From Phyllosticta citribraziliensis (taxonomy: Eukaryota), in the NCBI RefSeq assembly GCF_038025025.1, contig NW_027117339.1, positions 1-64,000 on the forward strand: a DNA stretch of 64,000 nucleotides. Reading direction: 5' to 3'. The number at the start of each line of letters is the position of its first letter. Positions within the stretch are counted from its first letter, which is position 1. Below are positions 48,213 to 61,944 of this stretch, piece after piece. The notes under the pieces are model-generated. The model did not search any database and had not been told where the DNA came from. It was given only the letters and a program-made list of their open reading frames with translations. A program made the position numbers and the translations under genes.

Positions 48213-49213
48213 ATGGCTTCCGCACGTCTAGTCGTGCGCTCTTCGAAGACGCTCATTTCCGCTGCTCGTCCATTCAGTTCCTCCGCGCTGCGTTTCAAGG
48301 ACTTGAACGAGCGCGGCAACGACACGACCGAAGAATGGCGCAAAAAGCAGACCGAGAAGCCGCTCAACCCCCACCTGACCAATACGACGTCGACGATTGC
48401 CAACAAGATGCCCCGTGTTGGTCGGGACACGGCACCACCTGAGATGCTGTCGTCTGTCGACCCAAGCTTCACGCCCAAGGACGCTGCACCGAAGAACACG
48501 GCAACCATGACTGGCGGTACGCAGGCCAGTGATGTTGCCTCTTTGGCTGCCGAGCTTGGAGTTGGTGAGCTCGAGGGCGCCAAGTTCAAGATTGAGCCCA
48601 TTCGTAGGACCGGAGAGGACATCAACACCATGCGCGCTAGGTTAATATGTGAGTAATGATTGCGCACATTGTTGTCATGGAGCTCTTCTAATCTGCGCCA
48701 GACCAAAGCAGGAAGCGCGGTATTCTCGAAAGCGACCTCCTCCTCTCCACCTTTGCCGACACCTACCTGGGCCAAATGACGCAGAAGCAACTTCAAGACT
48801 ACGATCGCTTCCTCGATGAGAATGACTGGGACATTTACTACTGGGCAACTCAGGAGCCGGCTCCTACGTCTGCAGAGACCGCCGAGGGAGCCGGACCTGA
48901 CGCAGCCATGCCCTCTGCTCAAGGCACACCCCCTACAAAGTCGGCCGACCCGGATGCTTGGAGGCAAGGAAAGCCGAGATCCGGAGAGTGGGCTCAAACG
49001 GTTGGAACTTTCAAGCCCGCCTACCGGCCCGTGCCACAACGCTGGAAGGACTCCGAGATTCTGGAAATGCTCAGGCAGCATGTCAGGGCCAAAAGTGCAG
49101 GAGGCGTCCATCCCGGAGAAGCCAAGGTAGGCCAGTCGGTGCAGGAGAGCGGCCCAGGAGTCGGCGGTGGCCTTGGCCGGATGCCGGAGCTCAAGCAGTT
49201 CGACCAGCCCTAG
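48213..49213 (+). CDS. SDH5: Succinate dehydrogenase assembly factor 2 (flavinator); intron 48649-48701
   Basis: Spliced [20 protein letters not shown] and [17 protein letters not shown]; mitochondrial presequence. Confidence 0.93.
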
Positions 49214-50102
49214 AGTGTCCGGTCCTTTTGTTTGAAATTGTAAAGCAACAGAAATGTTTGTCAAGGCGTTAGGCAAAGAATAAATAAGAAGCACAAGATC
49301 ACGTTTCCCTGGGCAGTCCGAAGAAAATTACCGCAAAGCCAAACACACCGGGTGCGGTGAGAATGCAACACTCCAGCTGTTGTCTGTCGACTTCTCGTCT
49401 CCCACTCCAACCACCGTCTCTAAGACTTCCGATACACCACACCATATACAGTGAAGCGGCAGCAAGAAAAGTCTCCCCACTCACATTCCCACGCGCCCAA
49501 TCTCCGCCCCTGCCTCTTCCCCAGCCCCGCCGCGCTCTCATTCACCAACTGACCCGACGCCCCCTTGCTTCCGCGAAGAATGTCTCTGTTCCCCGCCGCC
49601 CCGGCAGCAACAGCAGCAGCCACTCCATTGCCCAACCCAGTTCCCGGCAGTCCCACGCTCCCCCTGATCCAGGTACCGACCGACTGACAGCCACCCCAGC
49701 CGAGCCGAGCCCGTCCAGAGGGAGACGGGACTGGGGTGGAGTCCCAGCAACGTCGCACGTGGCTCGGCGGCAGCGGTGGCGGCGATCCAGGCACCGGCAC
49801 GACGTGCGCGTGTTCAATGCACTGGTTGGCGGCGAAAAGGTGATGCAGGTACCCGGGCAAGACAAGTGGCTGACGGGCGAAGAAAACTTGGTGGCCGGCT
49901 TGAAAATGATAGAGCGGCGAAAAGTGAAGCCACACAGCGGAAGCAAACTCTTGATTTAACCCGCTGCTCGACAGAAGAACGGGATACGACTCAAAAGGCT
50001 GTTCGCCACAGCAGGCTTATACGTGCGCCGAACTGCAGAGAACGATGAGGAAGTATTTACACGAAAGGCGTCCTCGCACCGCGGGGAAAGCACGCCAACT
50101 AG

Positions 50103-50141
50103 ACTCAACTCAACTCAACTCAACTCCATGCAATGCAATGC
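50103..50141. repeat. (ACTCA)n and (ATGCA)n pentanucleotide microsatellites
   Basis: actcaactcaactcaactcaactccatgcaatgcaatgc. Confidence 0.7.
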
Positions 50142-50198
50142 AGCGCCGGCCAAATCAAACACGCAATCCAATCCCCCACCTCACATCAACCAACGCAT

Positions 50199-51210
50199 CT
50201 ACCTCTGCCCCATCTCAATCGTCGCTCCGTGCCCCTGTGCCGCGGCCGCCGCGGCCGGAAGCGGAGGCATATACGCCCCTTGCCCCAGCCCCGGCACCGG
50301 CGCCGTGACATACGGGCCCTGGCTCGAAAACGGCGAGCCGACTGGCGAGCGCTGCGGGCTCAAGCCCGCGCCGTGCCGCTGCTGCTGCTCCTGCGAGCCC
50401 AGCGAATGAGTCGACGACATGGCCGCCGCCTCGAAGGGGCTCGGCTGGAGGCCCGTCTCGGCAGTGTTGTAGCGCGCAGAGAGGCGGTTCAGGTTGCTGG
50501 CGGAGGGCGTGGGTGAGGGCGAGACGTACGGCGCGGGTTGCATGGCGGCGACGGCGGGGTTGGCGGTAGGGGCGTAGACGCCGCGAGCGGCGTCGCGGCG
50601 CGAGCGGCGGTAGATGATGACGGCGTAGATGAAGAGGCCGAGGAAGAGGGCGCTGTTTTGTGGGCGTGTGTGTTAGATGGATGGTTGCTGCAACCCCTGA
50701 GGGGATTCGATTTGTGCGTGTGCTGCTTACAAGACGATGAGCGCGAAGAGGAAGTTCAGGGCGCTGCGGTGTTTGATGGAGCCGACGATGTCGATGACGA
50801 GGATGGCAGCCCAGAAGGTCGTCTGGATGGTGTTGAAGATGAGGAAAGTCTTGGGGCGCAGGTTGCGGCGCGCGAATTTGACGATGGATACGATGTCTAG
50901 GATGAGACAGACGAGGACGAGGACGAAGAAGATGGCCACGATGCTACCCAGGGAATCAGCACCGATGAAAATAATTTCCACAGTATCAATCTTACGCTAT
51001 TGTTTTGGCGCCAATTTTGGTCGTTCGGTCGTTGTTGTAGTTTGTATCCGTATCGTCGTCGTCGTCCGCGTCATTTTTATCCTTTGCTATCACTGCAATG
51101 CCAATGCCAAAGCTAGCGGCGATGAGCAGCATGAACACCACGCGAATGATCCAGAAGGGGATCAGGACACGTCGGAGCCATGGAGACGCCTCGTGGGTGT
51201 AGCGCGGCAT
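50199..51210 (-). CDS. Four-TM membrane protein (MARVEL-like) with Pro-rich cytoplasmic tail; introns 50944-50995 and 50653-50730
   Basis: Two canonical GTAAG introns with CTGAT and CTAAC branch sites join three ORFs; four hydrophobic helices. Confidence 0.78.
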
Positions 51211-52064
51211 GCTTGCGATTGAAAGTCCACGACGGCTGGAAAAACGGAATGGGTTCCACTCGGCGCTGTCCTCGGTGCCGGTGCAACAAGGTCGAGGGGA
51301 AGATGTTGGGATTGGAAGTGAAGAAGAAACGAGGGAGAGTTGTGGGCGCAGACATTAGGAGAGGATACAGCGGCGCAAGCGGACGCGTGAGACATTTCAT
51401 TTAACGGCTTGTTGCCCATCTCGTCGTTGCTGTGGCTGGACCTGTCAGCCGATAGCTCTTCCAAGGTGCGCCCTACCAGTCCAGCTTTTGGTGGTGAGCA
51501 AATGGGCGAGTCCACTCAAGGTTAGTGGGCCAAGCCCTGATTTGCTCGTGGGTCGGTGTCTCCGCTCGCGGAATAAAAATAGGCGCAAGGGTCCTCTAGG
51601 GCGGACCTAGTGCCCCTTTCCAGGTCACTCCGTAATGGCATGCCAACGAAGGATGAAGAGGATTTGCTGGGCATCATTCGTCGAATGTTCACAGAGGCGG
51701 AGCAAGGAGCCACAGAAACTTGTTCCTTTCGCTGCTGGAGACGTGTGCGTAGAGCTATGAGACTCAAGCAATGTGACGGTTGCCATAGAAAAGGTTGATG
51801 CTCTGAGCGGCGGACGATGGTGCAGAAATTGTAGTTCAATCTTGTTGGCAAACCCCGAGACACCGACTGAAGAGGAAGAAGCAAGGCACGATGACAGGAT
51901 TGATAATCAAAGAAACGTCTTCAGGCGCCGGTCGAGAATAAGAGTAGAAGGAAACACTGTTAGGGTATCGCTGAAAGAATGGCCATCAAAACAAACCAGG
52001 CTCTCGCAAAAGTCCAAATTGATCCCCCAAACAAGCGGCATAGGTCAATCCCCAAGAAACTCTC

Positions 52065-53207
52065 TCAACTGCCACACGGTGCAATGGCACGCGGTTCCTC
52101 GCGTCGAACCTCAGCATTGGACTGAATCTTCACGTCAGAGTGAAACGATCTGTTGTGACGAAAGTACTGGTCAACGCCAATTCGAGACGACTCGCCTGCG
52201 TGTCTCTCGCATGCACCGCTTCCATCTCCTGGCTCGGGTTGGTCGACACTGGGTCGCTGCAAAAGCGAGCCTGTTGCATTGTCACCCGCAGCCTGCGGCG
52301 ATTGTGCTCCATCTATCTGCGCTGTTTCTTGGATCTTTTTCTCGGCTCTCTTGCGCAAGATTTTGGCCAAAATTCGACGCCACAGGGACATGACGCGGAC
52401 CCTCGTCACCTTGGTCTTCACAATCCTGACCTTCTTGGCAGGCTTGACAGGGTCGGGTCCGAGTTTCTCCACGGATGGAGCGGCTTCGGTAACAGTGACT
52501 GAAGTGCCACCTTCCAGATTCACCGTACGCATTGTCTCGGTTTTGCGAGGAGCTTCGAACTGCGGTTCGGCGGGTTCGGCGGTGACGAATGCAGCCCTTG
52601 GAGCTGGAAGGCTTGACTTGCGAGACGGAGGAGCAGGTTCGGCTTCGACAGTGACCGTGATGGTGGTAGACTTTCGGCGCAGCGGCGCGGCGTCCTCACG
52701 AACGACATCCCCTGGCTCTTCAACAGCCTCCTCGGCCGGGACAGTGATGACAACGGTCGTGGATTTCTGGATTCCAGGGGAAGGTGGCGGTACTTCCACG
52801 ACCTCGACGTTCTGTACGGCTGGGTTTTCGGCGGGGACCTCGTTGATGACGGTCTCTTCGGCCGCTGGTACCGTTGTGACGACTTGCTCAGGGGAAACCT
52901 CCTGAGTGATAACTTGAGGTACTTCGGTAGACGCAGGCTCCATGACTGCTTCAGGAACGGACACTGGCTCAGGGGCCGGAACAGGCTCAGGAATTGCTGC
53001 ATCGCCGCCCAGCTCGGAGCTCGTCTCGTTCCGAACAAAAGATACCTTTCGCACAGATGGAGTCCGCGAGTTGCCGGGTGTCGATTTGGCTTCTGAAGCA
53101 TGGTTCCCAGGAGGAGCTGGTGGACGGGCATCAAAGGTGGCGTCGAAGCCGAACGGTTGCTCCAAGACGATGGGATCGAGCGTCGGAAGACATGGCAGAG
53201 AAGCCAT
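52065..53207 (-). CDS. Hypothetical low-complexity Pro/Glu/Val/Thr-rich protein
   Basis: 380-codon ATG-initiated ORF with biased composition (PEPVPAPEPV, KSTT.VITV twice); no recognised domain. Confidence 0.6.
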   Translation of the reverse strand: MASLPCLPTLDPIVLEQPFGFDATFDARPPAPPGNHASEAKSTPGNSRTPSVRKVSFVRNETSSELGGDAAIPEPVPAPEPVSVPEAVMEPASTEVPQVITQEVSPEQVVTTVPAAEETVINEVPAENPAVQNVEVVEVPPPSPGIQKSTTVVITVPAEEAVEEPGDVVREDAAPLRRKSTTITVTVEAEPAPPSRKSSLPAPRAAFVTAEPAEPQFEAPRKTETMRTVNLEGGTSVTVTEAAPSVEKLGPDPVKPAKKVRIVKTKVTRVRVMSLWRRILAKILRKRAEKKIQETAQIDGAQSPQAAGDNATGSLLQRPSVDQPEPGDGSGACERHAGESSRIGVDQYFRHNRSFHSDVKIQSNAEVRREEPRAIAPCGS

Positions 53208-54503
53208 TTCAGCAGGGAGGAAATGATTGGGGTGCGGAGATGATGAATGCTGAAGTGAGTGAAGTCGACTCTGGCTTCTTGGCCGCCGCGCTTGCGAATG
53301 CTAGCGGGAAGTTTGCGGTCCGTAGATGATGGTGGCTCTGAGCTTTGCGAGTAGGAATGGCTGGCTTCGAATCAGCGCAGGTTCGAGCGACTCAAAGATT
53401 CAAGAGTGATGGCGCCCAGATACCTTGACCACGAACGGATACTCTCCCCAACGCGGACGGGCCTTTGGCGGAACAGAGTGACCCAGAGATAAAACCGAAC
53501 GAGGCTGGCTGTGATGTTGGGGGTACGGAAAAGCCCAAGAAGAGGAGAGCGTGGAAGGCAGAAGATGGCGACGTTGCATGGCGCGGAGTGGCAGGCGCGG
53601 TTTTGGGCTTGCTCTTTCTTGCCTGAGGTCGTGGTGTTGACAACCCCGAGACGTGTGCCTGCTCATCCACGATGCTCAGTGGCGGCCCGGCCTGGTCCGG
53701 GAAGCTGTGGACATGCAGACAATTGCCTCATCGTGGTCACTGGATTGAGGGTTTGGTGCCGACCCGACGGACGACTGGGCAGGATGTCGTCAACCACGTA
53801 CAAACACGACGTCAATGTGCAGACCCGCCGTGTTTGAAGCCGACGAGAAAAAAGAAACGTATGGATGGCTTGAAATAACAGTGAAGATTCCAGCATGCTT
53901 GAAGCTTAATTCAGCAGCGTTGGCAAGGAACTCTGGCACATTCCAAGGGGCGTTGCGGGGAATGGCATGGAGGTCCCTTCCGGCGACACTGCCGATGCCG
54001 GTCAGGAAATCGCCATTGCGCAATGGCCTGAAGCCAAATGGAAGGGCGAAGAAGGCGAGAAGGCGCGCATGATGGGATGTGAAGAGAACCTGGTGGTTGT
54101 GTCGTTCCTCTTGTTGGATCGTCTAGTCGGCGGCGGCAAAGCGGGGCGGCCCACCCCACCCGGACGGCAGCCCAGCCCAGCGCGTGCAGAACCGACGACC
54201 TGACCTGACGGGAGAGCCGACCTCTGAACAGCCATCCCAGTCTCTGTCCGACCTTTCACTTCCACTCGCCTCCGCACTCTGCAACTCTGCAACTACCACC
54301 GCCCCAGTTTCACGGCCTCGACTCTCTTCCGCCTCCTCGTCCGCTCGCACTCCTCCAACCCGCAGACCAAGCCCCCCACCTTGCTCGCGTGCCTCCCTCG
54401 CCGCTCGACCGTTCGACTACACCTGCCGGAGTCAGTGTCGACCTCGTCTTCCCCTGGCCGACGCCTGTCCTCGTTCCACCAAGACATCTCGCCTGTGCCA
54501 ACC

Positions 54504-55252
54504 ATGGCTTCGTCCACCGCAGCTGCCGCCGGCCTCCTCGGTCGTCAGCTCAAGCAAATGCAGACCGATAAGGATATCCCCGGCATCAGCGTTGGTTTGG
54601 TGGACAACAATGTCTTTGAGTGGGAAGTCATGCTCATGATCAGCGATGACTGCAAGTTCTACGGCGGTGAGTGTGCAAAAACTTGCGCTTTTCAGCTGCG
54701 TCTTTTGGACGCTTTGGGGAGCGCAACATGGCTTGTGATGGCCCTTGCTAACTTTGTCCAGGTGGTTTCTTTAGGGCTCGGCTTTCTTTCCCCTCCGAGT
54801 ACCCTCTTTTGCCGCCCAAGATGAAGTTCGAAACGCCCATTTTCCACCCAAACAGTAAGCCTTTCAACGTCCGGCCAAAGCCCGAGCACGTCATTCGGCG
54901 GCCTCTTCTCAAAATCAAGCACCTCGGCTCAAAACATGGAGAACCTTTTGGCCATGTGAATTTGCCTACAGACGCAGACTGACAGTGACTAGTCTACCCC
55001 AGCGGCGATGTGTGCATCTCCATCCTCCACCCACCCGGTGACGACAAGTATGGGTACGAGTCTGCCTCGGAGCGCTGGTCTCCGGTGCAGACACCCGAGA
55101 CGATCCTCCTCTCCGTCATTTCCATGCTTTCGTCGCCGAACGACGAGTCCCCAGCCAACGTCGAGGCCGGGCGATTGTGGCGCGAGGATCCAAAGGAGTT
55201 CAAGAAGAGGGTGAGAAAGTGTGTCAGGGACAGTCTGGAAGAGGGCATGTAA
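54504..55252 (+). CDS. Ubiquitin-conjugating enzyme E2 of the UBE2G1/Ubc15 type (Ubc7/Cdc34 acidic-loop class); introns 54667-54761 and 54855-54992
   Basis: [35 protein letters not shown] with the catalytic Cys and acidic-loop insertion; PNDESPAN. Confidence 0.92.
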
Positions 55253-56187
55253 GGCATACAAGCGAAGTCGTTTTGGGGAGTGGGCTGGCATTGACTATGG
55301 GGTCTACAAGTGACTGTGGGGTTTTGGGGGCGTCCAGAGGGCATGCATGGACTGGCGTTTCCTGGGTTACCTGTGTTGCATTTAGGTCTGCATATACTGA
55401 GGATTTCCTATGCCTTTGGATATTTGAGTGCTGCGAAGATGGCGGCAAACCGAGAAGATCATGTCAGGGGCGGAAGACTGTCTACCTAGGTACAGACCAT
55501 GTCTTGAAGCATCCTGGTCACAACTTAATCTGACAAGGGAGAAAAGCTCATAGCCCAGGTCCAGTCTCGGTGCCCCGCATCGGGTTTGGATTGACATGAG
55601 ACGTGGAGTCGAATGATCATGCCAGAGCATCAACTAGACGTCGGGATTGACGTGCAACAGCAGGAATCGCGTCGGAACGCGGTTGGTGGACTTTGAGAGC
55701 TCTCAAAAAAATTTCCCGAATAGGAAATTCAATGACGTCGTTTAGCAAGACCCTGAGCCGGCGAAGGAGAGGCGCAGTGGAGGGAAAAGAAGGCGAGATG
55801 GACGACGGTTGGCGATGCAGGCCGAGCAGAGAGGTGGACAGAGTTTGTGTCGGGCTGGAGGCCAAGTCAATGGGACCTTAAGGTAGCAAGCGAGCTTGTT
55901 TGGGGGGTGGAGGGAGACTGGGCCAAGAGCGCGGGCGGTGAGGGTCCCGGCGAATCGCAGGCGCGTAAGCGCGTCCGACCCTTCCTTTAGTCGTGAATCT
56001 GCTCCAGCGACGTTCTGCACTGCTGCTCAACCCACATCCCCAATCTCTCGTCCTCAAACTCTGCGCGCCTCCATTTCGTCAACCCCACCACCCGCCCCAT
56101 CCTCCAGCTCGTGCGATTGCGAAAGCATTCCGCCTGCCATTGCTCTACACGTCTCGCACACAATTTCCGCGTGCCCAAACGGGCAAC

Positions 56188-59100
56188 ATGGCGCCCTCGC
56201 GCAACCGCAACTCTGAAGCCGCCTCGACCACCGACGTGTCCATGGCCGACGTCCCAGACAACAACGAGGACTACACCGAAGACCTCCAGGATACCCCCGA
56301 CTACACGGTAAGCGCGTCGCCAGCACCACCCTCCGCCGACGCGTCGCTAATCGCCGTCCAGGACTCCGACTCGAATTTCAACACCGCCGCTACCAGCGAT
56401 GCTGGCGAAGGAGGTCCCACAGACGGTCGCAAGCGCCGCTCCGAGGCTTTGCAGCTCCGCAAGAGCGTCCTCGGCAAGAAACATGATCGTTTGGGAGAAT
56501 CCAAGGTTTGTTGACCTTTTCGCCCCACGCCCACGTCCGCGACTTCTGACATGCCAATCTAGGTCGACGACTCGATTCGCCGCTTTCGCTACCTCCTCGG
56601 CCTCACCGATCTCTTCCGTCACTTCATAGACACGAACCCAAACCCGCGCGTCAAAGAAATCATGTCCGAGATAGATCGACAGAATGAAGAAGAGGCCCAC
56701 AGGGCATCCAAAGGACCATCCCGAAAAGGCGGCGCTGGCGGCGAGAGACGCCGGAGAACGGAGAAGGAGGAAGACGCGGAGCTTCTCCGCGAAGAAAAGT
56801 CTGGCGTCGCGGCAGAGACGACAATCTTCCGCGACTCGCCCGCATTCGTCCACGGTGAAATGAGGGACTACCAGATTGCAGGCCTCAACTGGCTGATATC
56901 GCTTCATGAGAACGGAATCTCGGGTATTCTGGCCGATGAAATGGGACTCGGCAAGACTTTGCAGACCATCTCATTCTTGGGCTACCTCCGGTTCGTTCGT
57001 GGCATCAACGGCCCCTTTCTCGTCACGGTGCCCAAGTCTACGCTCGACAACTGGAAGCGCGAGTGTTCCAGGTGGATTCCCGACATCAATGTCCTCGTTC
57101 TCCAAGGCGCAAAAGAGGAGAGACATCAGCTCATCAACGACCGGCTGCTTAGCGAAGACTTTGACGTCTGCATCACCAGCTACGAAATGATCCTGCGCGA
57201 AAAGACGCATCTCAAGAAGTTCGCCTGGGAGTACATCATCATCGATGAGGCCCATCGTATCAAGAATGAAGAGTCCTCCCTCGCTCAAATCATCCGTCTT
57301 TTCAACTCCCGCAACCGATTGCTCATCACTGGCACTCCGCTCCAGAACAACCTGCACGAGCTGTGGGCGCTCTTGAACTTTTTGCTTCCCGACGTCTTTG
57401 GCGACTCTGAAGCTTTTGACCAGTGGTTTTCCGGGCAAAAGGAAGACCAAGACAAAGTCGTCCAGCAGCTGCACAAGGTTCTCCGCCCGTTTTTGCTCAG
57501 ACGCGTCAAGAGTGACGTGGAAAAGAGCTTGTTGCCGAAGAAGGAAGTCAACTTGTACATTGGCATGTCGGACATGCAGGTCAAATGGTACAGGAGGATT
57601 CTCGAGAAGGACATAGATGCCGTCAACGGTGCTGGCGGCAAGAAGGAGTCAAAGACGCGACTGTTGAACATTGTCATGCAGCTTCGAAAATGTTGCAACC
57701 ACCCGTATCTTTTTGACGGAGCTGAGCCTGGCCCGCCGTACACCACGGATGAACACCTGGTCTTCAATGCCGCCAAGATGATCATGCTGGACAAGCTTCT
57801 CAAGCGGCTTCATGCGCAGGGAAGCAGAGTGCTTATCTTCTCTCAGATGAGCCGTATGCTGGACATTCTCGAGGACTACTCGGTCATGCGAGGCTACCAA
57901 TACTGCCGGATTGACGGCTCCACAGCGCACGAAGACCGCATCGCCGCTATTGACGAGTACAACAAGGAAAAGTCCGAAAAGTTCCTCTTTCTTCTGACGA
58001 CTCGTGCCGGTGGTCTTGGCATCAACCTCACCACTGCCGATATCGTCGTTCTGTTCGACTCGGACTGGAACCCTCAGGCTGATCTGCAGGCCATGGACCG
58101 CGCTCACCGCATTGGTCAAACCAAACAAGTCATCGTGTTCCGCTTCGTCACGGAAAATGCGATTGAGGAGAAGGTGCTCGAGCGCGCCGCACAAAAGCTC
58201 CGTCTTGACCAGCTAGTCATTCAGCAAGGTCGTGCACAGCAGCCAGCCAAGGGTGCGCAGTCGAAGGAGGATCTGTTGAACATGATTCAGCACGGTGCCG
58301 AGAAGGTTTTCGAAAGCCAGGGAGGAACTGGCGCCTTTGGCAGCACCGGTGAGGTCACCGACGACGACATTGATGCCATTTTGAAGCGCGGCGAAGAGAG
58401 GACTGCGCTGCTCAACGCCAAGTACGAGAAGCTCGGTATCGATGACTTGCAAAACTTCAGCACAGACTCGGCATACGAGTGGAATGGCCAAAACTTTGTC
58501 AACAAGAAGAAGGAGATTGGCATCGCCTGGATTCACCCGACGAAGCGCGAGAGGAAGGAACAATCTTACTCGATGGACCAGTATTACCGCGCGACCCTGA
58601 TGACGGGGGGTCGGACTGCCGACACGAGGCCCAAGATTCCCCGTGCGCCAAAACAGATTCAAATCCACGACTACCAATTCTTCGACTTTCGTCTGGATGA
58701 GTTGCAGGAAAAGGAGACGGCGTGGTATCGGAAGCAGAACAATCTGAAGGCTCCCCTTGCCGAGGGCACGGAGGAAGACCTCGCGGACCGTCTTCAGGAG
58801 CAGGAGCTTCTACAAAAAATGATTGACGAGGCTGAACCTTTGACCGAAGAGGAGAAGGAAGTGAAGGAACGCCTCACCAAGGAAGGCTTCGCCGACTGGA
58901 ATAGGCGCGACTTTCAGCAATTCATCAACGGCTCCGCCAAATACGGGCGACATAATTATAAGGCCATTGAAGACGAGGTCGACGGAAAAACTGCCGAGGA
59001 GATTGAAGAGTACGCAAAGGTCTTCTGGAAGAGGTACAAGGACATTGCGAACTGGGAGAAGCACATTGCTGCCATTGAAGAGGGCGAGGAACGTCTTCGC

Positions 59101-59725
59101 AAGATTGACCGGCAACGTCAGCTTCTGAGGAAGAAGCTGAGCATGTACCGTGCTCCGCTGCAGCAGCTGAAGCTCAACTACTCGGTCTCGACGACGAACA
59201 AGAAGGTGTACACCGAGGAGGAGGACCGCTTTCTCCTGGTCATGCTGGACAAGTACGGCGTCGACTCGGAGGGAATTTACGACAGGATCCGCGACGAGAT
59301 TCGCGAGTCGCCCCTCTTCCGCTTCGACTGGTTCTTCCTGAGCCGCACGCCGGTCGAAATCGGCCGCCGCTGCAACACGCTCTTGACGACGGTCGTCAGG
59401 GAGTTTGACGGCGATGGAGGCAAGGCCGCGAATGGCACCGGAAAGGGCAAACGCGCTGCCGATGACGACGACGACGACTCTGACGAGGCGCACACCAAGA
59501 AGAAGGTGAAGAATGGTGTTAAGGTACGATACCCCAAAACCTAGAACTGAATGCGCGAAGCGCAGACGCAGATCAAATATACTGACGCACCAACAGAACA
59601 AGGCGCTCGACAGCGTCCGCGGCGGCAGCAAGGGCACCTCGGCGTCCGCCTCTCGTGCCAGCAGCGTCGGGTCCAACGGCTCTACTCCCCGGGGTCCCAA
59701 GGGCAAGCGCGGAGGCAAGAAGTAG
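56188..59725 (+). CDS. ISW2: ISWI chromatin-remodelling ATPase; introns 56308-56361, 56506-56562, 59524-59596
   Basis: DBINO-like N-terminal region, [27 protein letters not shown], and C-terminal HAND-SANT-SLIDE ([19 protein letters not shown]). Confidence 0.95.
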
Positions 59726-60633
59726 ATCTGGGCAGCCACCATTCTGTCACTAGTAGTGTAGTCGATTTTTCCTCCCTTCTCTCTCTTTCCGAATGATGGA
59801 TCATGGCGTTTATGGGGCGTTTGCGAATACGTAGGGGGATAAAGAGCAGGTTTCACGAGGATGTGTTGTTTTTCTTTTCGTTCTCTCTCTCTCTTTCTTT
59901 TCTGCTTTTGTTTGCTTTGAGGTCGTCTCCTTGCGGTGTGGGCGTGGGTGTGGGTGTGAGAAGATGGTGGGTCGGGTCGGGTCAGATTGGACTCTTTGCT
60001 GCTAGAAAGGACAAGCACACAGTGCTGATGGGGGGTTTCTGTTTGTGTGTGTATTTTCATAGAAATCCAACTGGTGACTGGGGCCCGGTGCGTCTGGTCT
60101 GGTCTAGTCCGGTCCGCTCTGGAATCGTTGCCTGGTATTTCTCCGACTCTCTGCTATTGTCTGTCCTGTCCTGTCACTCTACTTTCTCTCTGCAGAGACT
60201 CACTCACTCCTCACTCCTGTCGTCGCTGCATTTGCATCTGCAATGGATAAACGTGACCGTCCGTCCAATGCACGCACACATCGCCCGTGCCCGTCATCCG
60301 ATCCGCCTCTCCATCACCAAGATCTGGCGGTACGCGGTGCTCGCCTCTCTCGTCGTTCTTCGCATGTACACCGATGAGGGAAATGGATATGTTGAGATGC
60401 TTGTTTTGCTCATCTACTTTTACTTCTTGCGTCCTGCTGGCTTGGTCGAACACTGCCTATTAGTCAGACAGATGATCGACAGCCAAGAAAGATTGCGATG
60501 GCATGGCATGGGAGGGGAGGGGAGGGGGGGGCTGCTCTGCTGTAAGGTGAGACGAGATGAGATGCCGTGGAGACGTGCCCGGCGCCCTCCAGCACAGTGC
60601 GGACGGGCAGGACGAGACAGGGCAACAAGAAGC

Positions 60634-60671
60634 GGCGAACGGCGAACGGCGAACGGCGAACGAACGGACGG
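60634..60671. repeat. 7-bp tandem repeat (GGCGAAC)n
   Basis: ggcgaacggcgaacggcgaacggcgaacgaacgg. Confidence 0.75.
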
Positions 60672-61944
60672 CGCAGAAGCATGTGGGGGGTCTATGTATG
60701 CATACATTTCTACGTATGCTTCCACGCTTTCAGATCTTTTTTTTACACTTCTTACCTACCCTGTCTACTGCGGCGAGTCGAGTTGAGTCGAGTTGGCGAG
60801 ACGACACGGCACGACACACGAATAGAGACGACCAGAGACACCATGTCTGATACACCTACCAGGAGGCGCATGACTCCATGGCAGGCAAGTACCTAAAACG
60901 CCCAAGCAGCAGCAAGCGGCAAGCAGCGAGGTGCAATGGCATGAGTAGCTTAGTAGCGCCGACGGATGGACGCGCTGTCAAGGAGCGAGTGACATTGACT
61001 GATCTACCTGCCTACTCTTACTAGCTAAGGTAGTCACGCAGCGATGGGATAGGTAGATGGTAAGATGAAATTTCTGGAGAGGCTGTGGAAGGCAGACACG
61101 CAGGCAGACAGACAGACAGAGAGATAGACAGGGCAAGTAAGTACACAGATGGTGGGCCGGGGGTCGCTTTGGGGGCCAGGGGCCAGGGAGCAGTGGGCAT
61201 AGGGGTCAAGACAGGGCAGCAAGAGGAGTAGCGAAAGAGCATGGACGGGAGCGCGACGAGACCAGACCGCCGAACCGGAGGAGACGGAGGGCGTTTGGTA
61301 CGTAAGCGTTGGACACTCGGGCTTTTTCTCTTGCTGCTGGTGCTTTTGTTGGTGGTGGCAGCAGCAGCCAAACAAATCTGATGAGTGAGTGCCGTGGTGG
61401 CCCGCCGGACGGAGGGCCTGATGTGACGGCATCTGTCGGCGGCGGCCGCGGACGAAGCACCAGCAGTAGCAGCAGGACGACCAGCGGCCGCCCACACGCA
61501 CCAGAGGCTGCTGATTCTGCTGCTAGTGACTGTCGCAAGCACAGGCAGGAGAGGCGCATCATCCGACAGCGTAGTGCGCGTATCACGTCGCGAGCGAAAA
61601 GAGAAAATCCGCCCAAAGTTGTGGGGAAGAGGAGGAGGAGAAGGCATACGTCCGTCCGGCAGGGAAGAGAGCGACGCCGCCGGGCACGGATGATGGCACC
61701 GGGTAGGGTAGGGTAGGGCAGGGGAGGTAGCCGTGTTTTGGAGTGCTGAAACGACGCTGATGAAGCTGGCACCACTGGGCAGCGACGCGAGCCAAGACGG
61801 CAGGCGGGCAGAGAGGCTTGTCGGCTCCGTTGGACTGGACTGGAGCAAAAGCCACCGAAAGTGGTGGTGGTAGTGGTGATGGTGATGTTGAAGTCGAGGG
61901 CAGCGGAGAGCTGCAAGCCATGCAGCCGGGCGGCCGGGCCGAGC

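Noticed and set aside
48179..49294. 371-aa minus-strand ORF over SDH5
   Set aside because: Antisense shadow; the spliced plus-strand SDH5 explains the region.
58810..60786. ORFs 58810-60060 (-) and 59803-60786 (+)
   Set aside because: The first is antisense to ISWI. The second runs through low-complexity 3' UTR repeats and has no protein-like features.
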